A stretch of DNA of 64,000 nucleotides from Squalus acanthias (taxonomy: Eukaryota), in the NCBI GenBank assembly GCA_030390025.1, contig CM059433.1, positions 17,858,001 to 17,922,000 of the forward strand, given 5' to 3'. The number at the start of each line of letters is the position of its first letter. Positions within the stretch are counted from its first letter, which is position 1. Made by a program: the position numbers and the translations under genes. Shown piece after piece: positions 49,076 to 62,222 of this stretch. The notes below the pieces were generated by a model that saw only the letters and a program-made list of their open reading frames with translations, ran no database searches and had not been told where the DNA came from.

Positions 49076-51640
49076 CACAATTTGCTTTCTGTTACTCTAT
49101 AATCAGCAAGCCAGATAAATTTAAAGCAAATATTCTCACATCACAATAAGTGAAAAAAGCTGTTCATCATTTCTTTGATGTATTGCTTTACTTCTTTTTC
49201 TCCCCAGTACTATGTTTTATCTGTTAGCTAGGAAAGCATTTTAAAGTGCTGGAATGCATCTCGAGGGCACTTAAATGAGTTGAAACAGATTATTTTGACG
49301 CAGTGAACGTCAGTAATAAAGACACATCTGGAGTACCTGTGCAGTTTTAGGTACCTTACCTTCTAAAGGACATTGAACAACAGGGATGATTCAAGTACTA
49401 GGGCTCTGTGTGATAAGAGACTCACACAACCTGTTTTCATTGAAGGAAATATAAATGGGTTAACTGCTCTGCTGAAATAGTGGAGGGAGGAATTTTAACT
49501 AACATTTTACACCTTGGTGTGCTGTTATCCCACAACATAATTTCAAAGCCAGTGTGTTCACCCAAGTGAGAAATGTCATGAATGAGGACTGGAACATCTT
49601 CCCATCTTTCTCGCCCAATGTCGCGGTCGGGAACTTCCAGGTCAGATATTGCACAGGGCAGATTTCATTCCATCTCAGCGTCTGCAGAACACCAGCATAA
49701 TTTTTTCACTTCCCACATTAGTCATCTTGTGGTAACTGAGTCTGACAATATGATTCCAATTGGTACCAAACTGTGGCCAGGTTTATGCTGAGGACCCACA
49801 TCCATTAGGATGAGATTGTCCAAATGCTTTCAATGTCGGACCTCTAAATCCAACAAATGGAGGAGACATTCACCCTGGATTCAAAACAAGACTTCAAAAA
49901 TGAAAAGATAATATTTCATCCATTGTATCATGTAGCCCTCAGGTAAAATATTTTACCATTCATTGTGGGGCACTGCAGTTCGAAGTAGGATCTCCTAACT
50001 GAACATCTCTGATGGAGAAATAAAGTACCTTATGAAGGTTGTGGGAAAGCATTGGACAACAACAAAGTTCAGATTATTAAGCCTGTTCTTTCCAATTGTG
50101 CAATGGGTTATAGGTGTGCAATCTGGAAACTGAACTGACTTGCAACCAAACCCATGCTAGACTCAAGGCAACACTCACAATGACTCTGATTTTATTTGTT
50201 TCTGTGTTTCACATCTTAGGAGAGGCAGTTATACTCTATTTTAGAGAAGATTGTAAGACATTTTAAAACCCTGTATAAAGTAATGTCAACAAAGAAACAC
50301 TAAATATATATTTGATTAGTTCAGGTGACCATCCAGTGCAAAATAGTCAAATCTGTATCTTTTCTCACTGTCTACATTAAGGCAAAATTTCAAATCCTTT
50401 GAATGTTGTCAGGCCTAAAAAATATCTGAATGTCTTTCACAGAGCGAGTTCATCAACTGCATTAAGCTGCCATCGTCCTCAAACCCAAATTCTGGGCGAT
50501 ATCTCTACACAATCGAACCACACTTCAGTTGATTGTAATGGTGCCTCATTCTGTAACAAATTTGAAGGGCAACTTTTGCCATCTCTGTTTTTAATGGTGG
50601 GATCAACCTTTAAAAATATAAAAGTAAATTGTTTTTTACCTCAAGTCTATGTAAATATTTTGAAAAGTTTGCAATTTGATCAAAAGTATTGTGGAAGACA
50701 TATGCCAAATACTTCATGTTGATTAATGCTTGACCGATAACTCTGTCTGATTTCAAAGCAGTAAGGTGTGCCGAAGGTTTCAGCAGTGCGTGAGCACTTT
50801 CCCTCGAAACAAGCTTAGGCGTAGACAGAGAGGTCAGATCTTAGTTTGGAAGAGTCAATGGTCCAGATACGATGAGGAGTTTAATTAATATATGTAGAAA
50901 CCGTGGGTTAATTTGGCATTTAAATTATAGTAGAACCTTAATTATCCACCATAAAGGAGGGACACACCCTCCCCCAGCAGATAACGGCAATTAGTGGATA
51001 GAGCGTCCCCAATACTTTGTCTAACACAGTGAGTTTTTATGTCATGATAGGTCTATTTAGATTCCTTAATCAAGTCTCAAGCATGTGTAGAAAAGAACGT
51101 CATATTTTTCCATTTTAAAAATGAGATATTCTTGGAAAAACTGCTGGTAGCCCAATCCCGCTAGTCTCCTGGACCTGAAGCCCTAACACCTGGTAGCCTC
51201 TTGGAACGAAGCTAAATACCAGAGCTACATGGATAGTAACCTCTATCTACTGGACATCTACACAACAACTACTCGCCCTGTCATTACGAGAACCCTATCT
51301 AGGGAAAACATCAATTCAAAACATTCAATAGTGTTTCAGCTAATTTATACTAAGTCCTGGCTCCAATAAAATTTCTCGAGGGCAATGAAGGTTCCACTGT
51401 GTGTGCAATTTAGTTCATCTTGTTGACACTGTTGAGTTTCACTCCTTACAGTCAGCTTTCCCACTGATGCCGTCAACACTAGAGGTTTAGATAAAAACAT
51501 CCAAAGCGTAGAAATACAAAATAAAATTGAAGTTAGTTATTATTTTTTAAACGCTCTTCAGATTTGAAATGGCGGTGAAAGCAGCGACAGTGGCCTGGCC
51601 ATATTGTAAATCGGCAGAGTGCCCAGCCTCACCCACAAGA

Positions 51641-51770
51641 TCATAAGACGTAGGAGCAGGAGTAGGTCATTCGGCCCCTCGAGCCTGCTCCGCCATTCAA
51701 TAAGCTCATGGCTGATCTGATCTTGACCTCAACTCCACTTCCCCGCCCGCTCCCCGTAACGCCTTGACTC
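51641..51770 (-). mobile_element. CR1 3' UTR fragment
   Basis: Similar to the reverse complement of 10225-10350. Confidence 0.8.
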
Positions 51771-52714
51771 AATTCACGACACCCCCATCGCCCACCACCC
51801 CCGTGAATGGTTCCATAGCGCTGTATTTTTCTGTGAGGATCCCGCACCCTGTCAGGGAGCGAGTACACCCCTGGCTGAAAGTGAGGTTGGCTCCAATCAC
51901 AGAAACCTGTAAACAACATTTTACTTAAAGAAGCAAATACAACTTCAGATCAGTAAATAATGTAAAATTGCTTACGTGGCAAAAATGAAGCTGAATGGAG
52001 CGCACTAATTATGTGTGAGTGGAGTCGTGCTGCTGTATTCCCTGTGGTTCATTTTTCACTCAAGACTGTTTTCCAGGCAATTATTCACATTAGTGAACCA
52101 TCAACAATAGCAATATGTTCATAGCATGTCAGAGATGAACTCTCAGAAACGAGAACTTCAATCAGTATGAATAAGAGAATAGCTTTACGAGCTGTGAATT
52201 ACTGAACAAGAGCCTCATGCCACTGCACTATGTAGACTACATATCTTGCTCTGCCTTTTTGCACTCGTGTGTTATGGTTCTGGTCACTGTCACATACCTC
52301 CTACTTTGGGAAATAACATTTACATTGTACTTTGGTGTGGATTTATGGATTAGAAACTGGACTGAAATAACGACATTCGAGCTGCTGTACTTAGCTTTAA
52401 GATGTTCTTTGGATTTTTTAATTCGCACTATGGGTACGTAGAAGTTTTTAATCACCATTCTCATGATTTATTTTCCATGTTATTTTTTATAAAGAGCCAC
52501 ATTTCTTACATCCTGGTCTTCTGAAGGTTGTCCTATATTAGCCCTGAATCCGGAAATAGCTGTTAGGAAATATTCGGGAAAGCAACGTTTGGGCCCTGTG
52601 CATCATTTTGCTCTCATTACCGATTCTTGCTGTGAAGAGAATGGCTTCTTGGTCCACAGGACTGCAGTGGAAGAATGCCAGCGCTTGATTCAAAGCAACA
52701 ATAAGGGACACGAT

Positions 52715-53481
52715 GGGCTGGATTTTACTCACCGAGACGTGTTGGAGGCGGGACTGCTGCCTTCCGGGATCTAGTCCCACCCCCAGCGACATCTGATGAA
52801 CAGACACTATTTTGCCCTGATTGGCCTTGTTAAGGCCACCCTGCGGGCTTGCCGGCCAATTAAGGGAAAGCCGGTGTCAGATGACGTCAATTGATGACGC
52901 TTCATCTGCCGGTTTTCTTAAAGGCATATGCACCACACTTGTTTGACAGATGATTTGACAGTGTTTGACAGCATTGAGGTGCTGGCAAACACTGACAATC
53001 ACTGTCCAGAGGTGAGCCCTTGCACCCAGGCTCTCCAATTACTCTCTCCTTAGGATAAAACAGATGACAGCTGCAGCTGAGATTGCAGAAGCCATCTGTC
53101 ACTTCTCCCAATGAGATGAGGCTACACAAACACTTCACAGCTTGTCACCTGCAGAAACATCTAACCACATTAAAAAGTACTTTCCCAACATATCCTTACC
53201 TCTGATACTAACCAGTGTCCCATTGCATCCATCACACCACTTCTGCAGCTGTCATCCAAACACCAACATAACAACAGACCCACAGCACACCTCATGTACC
53301 CTGTTAACAGGCAGTTAAGTGGCTATAATCCTCTTCCCGCCGCTAGGAGTCGGGTCCCTGCGCAAATCGGGGACCTGACTCCCGGGAAAATTGGTTGGAG
53401 GCGGCCCGCTCCCATTTTTGGGGGTTTTCCCAGCAGTCCCACCTCCAAACCCGCCTCCTCAGGGCTGGTAAAATCCAGCCC
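52715..53481. mobile_element. Harbinger MITE (GGAGGCGGG family)
   Basis: Perfect 14-bp TIR gggctggattttac / gtaaaatccagccc. Confidence 0.8.
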
Positions 53482-53883
53482 CGTTATTACTACAGAGAAG
53501 AATAGATGGCTCAGAGTGTCTTTCAATGCTGTGACATTTCACACAAATGAGATTCAAGCAGTTTGTACCACGATCTGAAGCCTATGCTCATGTGCCAGAT
53601 TTGTAATATGGGCGCCTTTGCACTTTCAATCTGAAGGCTGCCAGAGGTGAGTACTGAATATTTTGACCACCCAGTGTCAGCACTAAGCAGGTCCAAGTCT
53701 GGCAACGCGTGCTCTGTTCCAATAACATACATGGCCCCAAGTTCAGACGACATCTAATGCACCAGAGTAATTTTTTTTCACTTCCCACGGCAGCCAACCT
53801 TACTAAATAAGATTTTCAGTTTATCCCAGAATAATAGATCATAAACTAACTTTTGTGAGAGATTAACAGTCATTTGGGATTTA

Positions 53884-54592
53884 GGGGGAAAAATTCGGTG
53901 GCGCCCCCTTTGGGGCACTAACATCGCCAGGGCGCTACTTTTAGTGCCCCGAAAAAGTTAGCGCTCCGTACCATAAATTCAGTGGTAGCAGGAGGCGGGG
54001 CACTACTGGAAGTGCTCCCCCTCCTTCCTGGGGCGCTACAAGTGAATATCACGGCACTGGGTGCAACAGCGCCACGCGCGTCAGCACGTAGCGCCGCGGT
54101 ACTGCAGGCCTCCCTCCCCTGATTAAAGGGGAGGGGCCTAGCACAGTGCGCACCAGGGGCCCTGCTGGACCACCGGGGAGCAAGGTGCCGGGAAAGCAGC
54201 CCGGCATTCAAGAGGAGCGATCGCAGCCGGCACCCCGAATAAAAAAGGGGAAGGGGGCAGGTGCTGGCAGGCGGCCCAAAAAAAATGGCCGCCCAACACC
54301 TGACCTTTAACTTGCGCCACCGCGGCTGCAAAAACGCCATCCTTACCTTGTCGGACATATCGTCCGGCGATAAGTCAGGGGACGCAATTGAACTTTGCGG
54401 CCAGGACACTGCGCACGGCAATGATGTCATCACCGGAGGCGCAGCGCCAGGGGGCGCTACCGCCACCGCTAACCTCCCGCTGAATTTCGCGGGAGGCGTT
54501 AGCAGCGCCGCCCCAGGCGCTAGGGGATTTGCGCCCCATTAGCGCCCCCCGGGGACGCTAACGGGAGGTGCAAAGCAACCCAATTTTTCCCC
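53884..54592. mobile_element. CpG-rich Harbinger MITE (GGCGCTA family)
   Basis: TIRs ggggaaaaatt / aatttttcccc; dense GGCGCTA/TAGCGCC motifs. Confidence 0.8.
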
Positions 54593-55471
54593 TCCAGACT
54601 TTACTTAGCATTCACCTTCACTCTTAGCTCTGAGGATCAATTGGATTCAATATCTGTAAATGAAAAATAATACACTATTATAATATTCCTTTGGGTGTTA
54701 ATTATTTTACACTATATTTCATGACACCACCTTCACGTTCTTTTGTATTACATGACGGTGAAGTAATTGAGAATCGAGAGCGAGTAAAGAAAGTTGCAGT
54801 CATTTAACCAAAAGTGCTCCATAATCCAAACATTTAAAACACAGATCTAACTTCTATTATTTGATCTATAATAACATATAAACAAAGTAAACAAATCCTG
54901 TACACCTTCACACACACAATTCAGGTGTGAAAACTTTAGATCTAGACATAAAGTCAAGACTAATCAACATTTGTCAACAAATTAATTCTCAACTGCAATT
55001 TTAATCAGTAACCTATTGTTACCTGAAAGCCAGTTGGAGAATCCTGGGTTCCACTTTTCCCAACTAGTCCTGTTCTCAGATGAGCACGGTGATGGGCCAG
55101 GCTACAGAAGAAGGCTGATAGGTGTACATAACCAAATGCTTGGTGCACTAGAAAGCCTGCCGGAAAGCCTGCGCACAATGTCAAGGAACATGGAGGAATC
55201 CAGCACCAACTTGGCACAGGGCTTTGCGCAGAGCTTGGAGCCCATCCTTTCCAACATAGAACAGGTGGTCAACTCCATCAGCATATCTGTGGAACCCACC
55301 ATGATGCAGCATCTGATGGCCTATTCATAACGTCCATTGCAGCACAAACAGCTTCCACCAAAGGTCTGATTGTTATTTTTGTGTTGTCGGAAAGAGGACG
55401 ATGTGATGGTCAGTGATAGAGCAAAGGTAAGGAGTGTGGGACTGTTAGTGAATGGGGAGGTGTGGTTGAGG

Positions 55472-56751
55472 TTACTGGTATTTGTCATGAATTATATGAT
55501 CACATAGAGCCCGGGCAGAAAGGGGCTGTCTATGTTGTAGCCTCCCGTCCTCTTCGTGTTCCTCCACTTCCTGTTGCACTTCTCCTCCTCCTCCACTTCA
55601 TCCTCCTCCTCCTTCTCCTCCTCTTCTCTTCGCCTGATGAGTGGTGGCGAGGACTGTTCCCTCCTAATGGCGAGGTTGTGCAGCATGCAGCATACTGCTA
55701 CAAATCTTGATACCTGCTCAGCTGAGTACTGCAGGGCTCCTCCAGAGCGATCCAAGCAGCGGAAGCATTGCTTGAGGACACCGATGGTGTGCTCTATAAT
55801 GTTCCTTGTGGCAGCATGGCTCTCATTGTAGGCCTGCTGTACAGGTGTGTGTGGCTTCTGGACCGAAGTCATGAGCCATGTCATGAGGCGATAACCTTTG
55901 TCGCCCAGTAGCCAGCCTTTGACTTGCTGTGGTGGGTCAAATACAGGTGACAGAGGACTGCCACAGAATGAAGGAATCGTGACTACTGCCAGGATAACGG
56001 GCATTCACCTGCATGATGCACTGCCTGTGGTCGCACACCAGCTGCACATTGAGTCAGTGGAATCCCTTTCGGTTCATGAAAATGGCCAAGTTCACAACAG
56101 GGGCACGCAGGGCAATGTGCGTGCAGTCAATGACACCCTGCACCATGGGGAAGCCTGCAATCCATGCAAACCCTTGTGCTCTCTCCGCCTGCTTGTCTCT
56201 GGCAAGAGGGATTGAGATTAAACTGTCTCTCTGTGTATAGAGAGCCTCAGTGACTTCCCTTATGCAGCAGTGCACTGCAAACTGCGAGATGTTGCTTATA
56301 TCTCCAGCAGCAGCCTGGAAGGAGCCAGACCCATAAAAGTTAAAAGCCACGGTCACCTTAACAGCCACAGGCAATGTGGTCCTTGCTCTGCTTTGAGGTT
56401 GCAGTTGTGGCTGCAGCAGTTGGCAGATTTCAGTCACGACCTCTTTTGTAATTTTAAATAAATCTGTTGGACTATAACCTGGTGTTGTGCGACTTCTCAT
56501 TTTTGTCCACCCCAGTCCAACGCCGGCATCTCCGCATCTTTTGTGAAGTGCAGACATCTCAACCATTGGCCCTCGCTGAAGTTGAGGTAAGAGAATTGCT
56601 CCCTAAAGACCCTGGGTGGATATGGCCTCCTGCTGAGAGACCTTCTCCCCCTCCTCCTCCCTCATCTCGCAGCTTATCCTGCTCTGCGTGACCTCTCTTC
56701 ATTTTCCCAGTTATGCTCAAAATCCAGAGGAAGCCCTACCAGGCCACCCAT
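55472..56751 (-). pseudogene. HARBI1-type transposase (copy K), disrupted
   Basis: [39 protein letters not shown]; frameshifts and an insertion at 56450-56536. Confidence 0.92.
56446..56538 (+). mobile_element. Penelope-like P2 terminus inserted in transposase K
   Basis: One mismatch to the reverse complement of 11978-12070; duplication tcttttgt at 56442-56449 and 56537-56544; removing it restores LHFTKEV. Confidence 0.88.
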
Positions 56752-57132
56752 GGATGTAACTTGTTTCAGCACAAGCTTTTAAATAAACAGAAAAGTACTT
56801 CAGCACCAGCTAGACCACTCCCTGTAGACTATTCAAACTTTAGCCAAGTATAGGAAAGCTCCAAAAACACATGCAATTGCACCAGCAGCCAGAAGAAATA
56901 AACCAGCAACTGACCTGTAATTAGTTCATTATCCCTTTAAATAACTCTGGTGGGGATCCTTCATGCCATTTAATGTCATATTCATCGGGTTCGGTAGCAT
57001 AGTGGTTATGTCACTGGACTAGTGATCAAGAAGGCCTGGACTAATGATCCCGAGACATGAGTTCATAATCCCACCACAGCTGCTGGGGAATTAAAAAATT
57101 CAGTCAATAAATAAATCTGGAATAATAAGTAT

Positions 57133-59563
57133 GGGGGCGATTTTCCCAGCCCCGAGGAGGCGGGATTGGAGGCGGGACAGTTGGCAAAATGGCAAAAACT
57201 GAGGGCGGGTTTGAACCCACCTCCGCGCAATTTTGCCAGAGACGAGTTTGATGGGTGCGATTCGGTCCCGCCTCCATCAGTCGGGAGAGGGAGTTAAGAC
57301 CCTTAAATAGTAGTTAAGGGCCTCTATAATCCTATTTTGACAGGCCTTTGTTATTTTTCCACATTTTGTGCGTGTTGCACGACCCTCCTAAACCACGCCA
57401 GCTAATCCTGGCAGGTTGACAAGTGGGTGGCCTCCTCACAGCTGCAGCTCCACCATTAAAACGGAGCTTTCATCAGGGAGCAGTTGCAGGTGGCAGAACT
57501 TTTGTTCCACAGGTCTTTCAGCACTTTTAGCAGGCCTACCGAAGTCGGAGGTGCTGCAGCTTCTATCTCTCAACTGTGGGACCTCCTTGGAAGACCCTCT
57601 TCCCGCTTGGACTGAGCGCTTCCCCAATGGAGGTATCTACCAGCAGCATGGGAACCATTTATTTCCCTTCACCATGGACCTCAGATTCAGATGAGGAGCA
57701 GCCACGGCAGCAGCAGAACCAGGCAGCTCAGCAGCAACAGCAGCAGGAGCGCCAACCTTCTTCTCACCCACCTGATGCTGCACAGGGCAGAAGGCGCCAG
57801 CGCATGGAAGCACGTCACCGCAGGAGATACCCTCCTCTCAGGGTTTACAGCGGATGAGCTACCTCAACATGAGTGAGCAGCAGTGCCAAAGGAGGCTGAG
57901 ACTTTCGCGAGAGGTTGTCTGAGAGATCTGCGGCCTGCTGCAGCAAGACCTGGTGCCCAGAGGAACGGGTGCACACCCCTTACCAGTGGCTGTCAAAGTC
58001 ACCACTGCACTCAACTTTTTTGCCTCAGGCTCCTTCCAGGGATCATCAGCAAACATCAGCGGCATCTCCCAGTTGGCCGCCCACAGTTGCATCACACAGG
58101 TTACCGATGCCATTTTCACAAAGGCGCACAATTACATCCACTTCTCAAGGGATCAAACAAGTATAACCGCGCGTTCAGTTGGCTTTGCAAATATGGCAGG
58201 TTTGCCAATGGTGCAGGGCGTCATAGACTGCACACATGTGGCCCTTAGGGCACCCCATCAAAACCCAGCTATCTTTGTCAACCGCAAGGGCTTCCACTCC
58301 CTCAACGTACAGCTGGTGTGTAACCACAAGAAGGAGATTTTGCATGTTTGCGCCAAGTTCTGTGGTAGTTGCCATGACTCTTTCATCCTGCGGAACTCTA
58401 GTGTTCCTCCGCTCTTCAATCCGCCAAACCAACTTAACGGATGGCTCCTTGGTGACAAGGGCTACCCCTGAAGAAGTGGCTAATGACGCCGATCAGGAGG
58501 CCAGCTAACGAGGCTGAGGAGCGCTACAACGCCAGCCACATTTCGACCAGGTCCATCATCAAGCAAACCATTGGCTTGCTGAAGATGCGATTCCGATGCC
58601 TTGACAGATCAGGTGGAGCCCTGCAGTATTCAGCAGCTAGGGTCTCCAGAATGGTCGTGGTCTGATGTGCACTGCACAACATGGCACAGCGTCGTGGCTT
58701 GCAGCTTCCTGATGAGTAAGTGGCTCAGTTCATAGCCTCCTCAGATGAGGAGGAGGAGGAGGACCGGAGTGGCGGCGTATCGACCAGCAGCACGCGAGCA
58801 CATGGCTGCCCGTGATGCAAGGGATGCACTCATCCTGGCCAGATTTGCATAGGTTGCCCATTGTGGCACATGTGCTTGGCTCCTTCTTAAAACATGATAG
58901 ACAATGGACATGACTCTGTGGCCTCCTTTCACTCTGACCACCAACCTGACCATGCAAGTGCCGCGGAGCCCGCAATGTGGAGCTTCCGAAGCCGAAATAA
59001 CAGATACCATCACGCCAACAGTTTGCCATCACCTAATTTTAATACATTCACACAGGAGTGGCATTTCATCAATAAACAGAAACAATCACCCAATCTGCAC
59101 AGAGATCTGGAGGCTATATCCCTTGCCAGCTGGACCCACACAGCCTTGGTTTCTTTGGGAGGCCTCTTCCTCCCAGATGAGGGGAAGAGCACCTCCCTGC
59201 TGGCTCTCGCCCCCTCAACCAGCATACCCAGCACCTCATCCGAGAACCTCGGGGAGGCCCTTGCCTTGGAGCTGGCCATTCTTCAAGGAGATAAAAGTTT
59301 GGAGGTGGTGCACCATCGACCAAAAACCAGTGGAAGAGCCAAGGCAGCAAGCAGCCCTTAAATGAAGCTGGATAAGTGAGGGCAGCAGAGACGAGTTTCA
59401 GTCCCAAAACATTAATTGGCCCAGGGGAACCCACACCTCTGAAATCAACTGGCCAATTAGGGGAAAATCACAACTTTTTCCCACCTCTCAGTGGAGGCAG
59501 GGTTTGGAACCCACCCAAACCGAAACCCGCCTCCAGCCCGCCTCCATTGGGAAAATCGCGCCC
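57133..59563 (+). mobile_element. Harbinger copy L (GGAGGCGGG family), 2.4 kb
   Basis: TIRs gggggcgattttccc / gggaaaatcgcgccc; transposase on +, truncated Myb exon 1 on - (59279-~59095, MASSKARASPRFSDEVLGMLVE). Confidence 0.9.
57648..58852 (+). pseudogene. HARBI1-type transposase with Q-rich N-terminus, disrupted
   Basis: [40 protein letters not shown]; frameshifts and stops. Confidence 0.92.
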
Positions 59564-60996
59564 CTAGTATCAGTAATGGTGACCATGAAACTACCGGATT
59601 GTCGTAAAAACCTATCTGGTTCATTAATGTCCTTTAGGGAAGGAAATCTGCCGTTCTTACCTGGTCTGGCCTATATGTCACTCCAGACCCACAGCAATAT
59701 GGTTGACTCTTAACTCTCCTCTGAAATGGCCTAGCCAGTCACTCAGTTGTATAAGGCAGCTCACCACCACCTTCTCAAAGGCAATTAGGGATGAGCGATA
59801 AATGCCGGCCTTGCCAGCGATGCCCACATCCCGTGAACGAATAAATAAAAAATTCAGCCATGCGAGGTTAAGACAGGGTGGAGTGTGGAGTTCAAACATG
59901 GCATTGCTGGTGTAAAATCAGCATTATATACTGATTGATGTTATACTCTGCAATGCTTCCGGCTGTCGTTAGGTGCAACCCCTTTACCAAGATTACGTCC
60001 CGCGCACATCCATCAGAAGTGTGGATGAGCATCTCGGACCCCATTTTCGAGCGTTAGGTTGCCACATAGCACCTAATAAATGGGCGCTAAAGAGCCCAAT
60101 TTAGCCCCCTTAGACTATTTATAAGTATATCCCTTTCACAACAATGTGTCTATCCAAAATACGGGCATGTGTATTATACTCAGAAGAGAATAGTGTGGCA
60201 AAGTATTTTTCATCTTTTGTGCCCTAGCATCAATGAGCACAAGGGATGCCTGTGTGTCCCTAGCTTCCACTGTTGCTCAGGTACTCGGGTTGCGGGGGAG
60301 CACTGTAGTGGTTTCCTTCCCCCAACCTGAGGTGGGCACCTACCCTAATTGTTGAAAATGACCCTGACGCCTAGGAAAAGGGCAGGGGTCAGGGTCACAA
60401 CTGATGGGTGGCCAGAAGTCCCATCCTGCCACATTTCTGGCAGAAGAGCAGGGCCAGAGGAAATTGAGGGCCCTAAGTGTCTTAACCGCCTTCACGTGGG
60501 GAGCTGCAATAAATCTGCAGAAAATATCACAGAAATTTCAGTCGTTTAAAAAATTGACACAGTTCTTAATTAACCAACATTACACTAAACTGAAATCTGA
60601 TATGGTTCTTCTGAGCATAATACACCTTGCTAATAAATCAATGGTTTATTAAAAGTTCTTCACATAACATAGACTAATGTTTGGAATGGCTTTATTCAGC
60701 TGTCATTGTTTGTGGTGCTGCTTTCCCAACCATGATTTGCTATTGAACAAATATAGTAATATTTACCATTATTGATTTTTGTGGTTGTATTTGAATGAGT
60801 TGATGTCAAATGTCATTCTTTTTTCCAGTTCTCTCTGTCAATCTCTGACAATATCGACTCTTGTGGGGGGCTACAGTTTCATGGGTGCCAGTAGCCTTTT
60901 GGGACATTAATCCTCAGCATCCCAGACTGAGGAATGACAAATGCAGCTAGGGTTTCTGCTCCTGGTTGCTATCCAATGACTTTTTCTGGACAGTAA

Positions 60997-61828
60997 GGGG
61001 GCGATTTTGCCAGCCCTGGGGAGGCGGGTATGGAGGCGGGACTGCTGGGAAAATGGCAGAATCTGGGAGCGGGTACCCATCCCGCCTCCGTGCCATCTTC
61101 CCAGGAGGCGGGTACCCGACCCGCGCCGGGTCCCGTCTCATCGAGGCGGGATGGGGATTAGTGCCAATGAACTGCCTGTTAACAGGTAGTTAACAGGCAG
61201 TTTTTGGCTAATCCCTATTTTGAGCGCTAAAGTGTGGGCTTCCCGACGGCTCCGAACCTCGCCAGGGTCAGCGAGGCGAGCCGTGAGTCTGTGGGATTTG
61301 CGGGGCCAAAATGTCCGGTGTGCAGGTGAGTGATGAGTGCAAGTGTGGAGAGGTAAGTGTGTGAGGTGAGTATAAAGTGTTTTAATAAGATTACTTATCT
61401 TTGCTTCTTCCTCCAGGCTTCATCCCTTTAGGCTGCGGAGCTGCCTCATCTCCACGGCAGAGATGACAGAATGGTTGCTGCATTCTCCGATGCAACAGCC
61501 ATCTGATTTCTGCTTAGGAAAGAGGTTTGGTGAGTCTTGAGTACAAGGACTCACCAAAGAACAGAGATTGTCAGTGTTTGACAGCTTCTCAAAGCTGTCA
61601 AACGATGACAATTCATCTGTCAAAAATTTTTCACAGATGAAACGTCATACGCTGACGTTCTCTGTCACCGGCTTTCCCTTAATTAGCCTGCTAAGCCCGC
61701 TGGGCGGGCTTAACAAGGTCAATCAAGGGAAAATAGCGTGGGTTGGCCGGACGTCGATGGAGGCGGGACTAAAACCCGACCAGCAGCAGTCCCGCCTCCA
61801 TCACGTCCCCATTGATAAAATCACCCCC
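60997..61828. mobile_element. Harbinger MITE (copy N)
   Basis: TIRs gggggcgatttt / aaaatcaccccc, canonical TSD TAA/TAA. Confidence 0.88.
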
Positions 61829-62222
61829 TAAGTGTGTGTTTGTGCGAGTGTGTGAGTGCGAGTGTATGGTTGTGTGGGTATACGTGTGCACATTCAGGTG
61901 AGGACGAGCTGGGGTCTGGCTGGCCTGCCCTCCACCTGAAGTGCCTGTGAATGCTCTCTGTCCAGGCTCACCAATCAATGATAGTCACTTAGGCAGGAGA
62001 CTGGAAGGCTGCCCATGAGCATGGGACCATACCCCAGCACGAATCAGGAAAAAAGGGAGCAAATTGGCAAAACAAGGAACTTTCTTCTGAAGGTAAAAGC
62101 ACACTTAAGCAGTCATGTTCACAATGAGGTAACATAAGGTCATACGCAAAAGGCTTGAGCCTTTAACTGGGGGATTTCTCTGAAAGTTTGTACAGGGTGA
62201 TTCCATGGTCCTGTGCTCCAGG

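Larger units (their letters stand above)
56987..59850 (+). mobile_element. tRNA-derived SINE split by Harbinger L (56987-57132 plus 59564-59850)
   Basis: Box A/B-like head; tail aggcagctcaccaccaccttctc...gggatgagc...cccacatccc matches the LINE 3' end at 34125-34210. Confidence 0.8.
55078..60108 (-). mobile_element. Harbinger copy K (H family, inverted), carrying nested insertions
   Basis: Myb exon-3 fragment 55078-55370 (+); transposase on -; the end sequence resumes at ~59851 and terminates in caatttagccccc at 60108. Confidence 0.85.

Noticed and set aside
53918..54466. 182-aa GC-rich ORF
   Set aside because: Lies inside a MITE; high GC suppresses stop codons; no recognisable motif.
61870..62050. 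Possible LF-SINE-like tail (similar hints near 46540-46720)
   Set aside because: Resemblance from memory only; too degenerate to support without a search.
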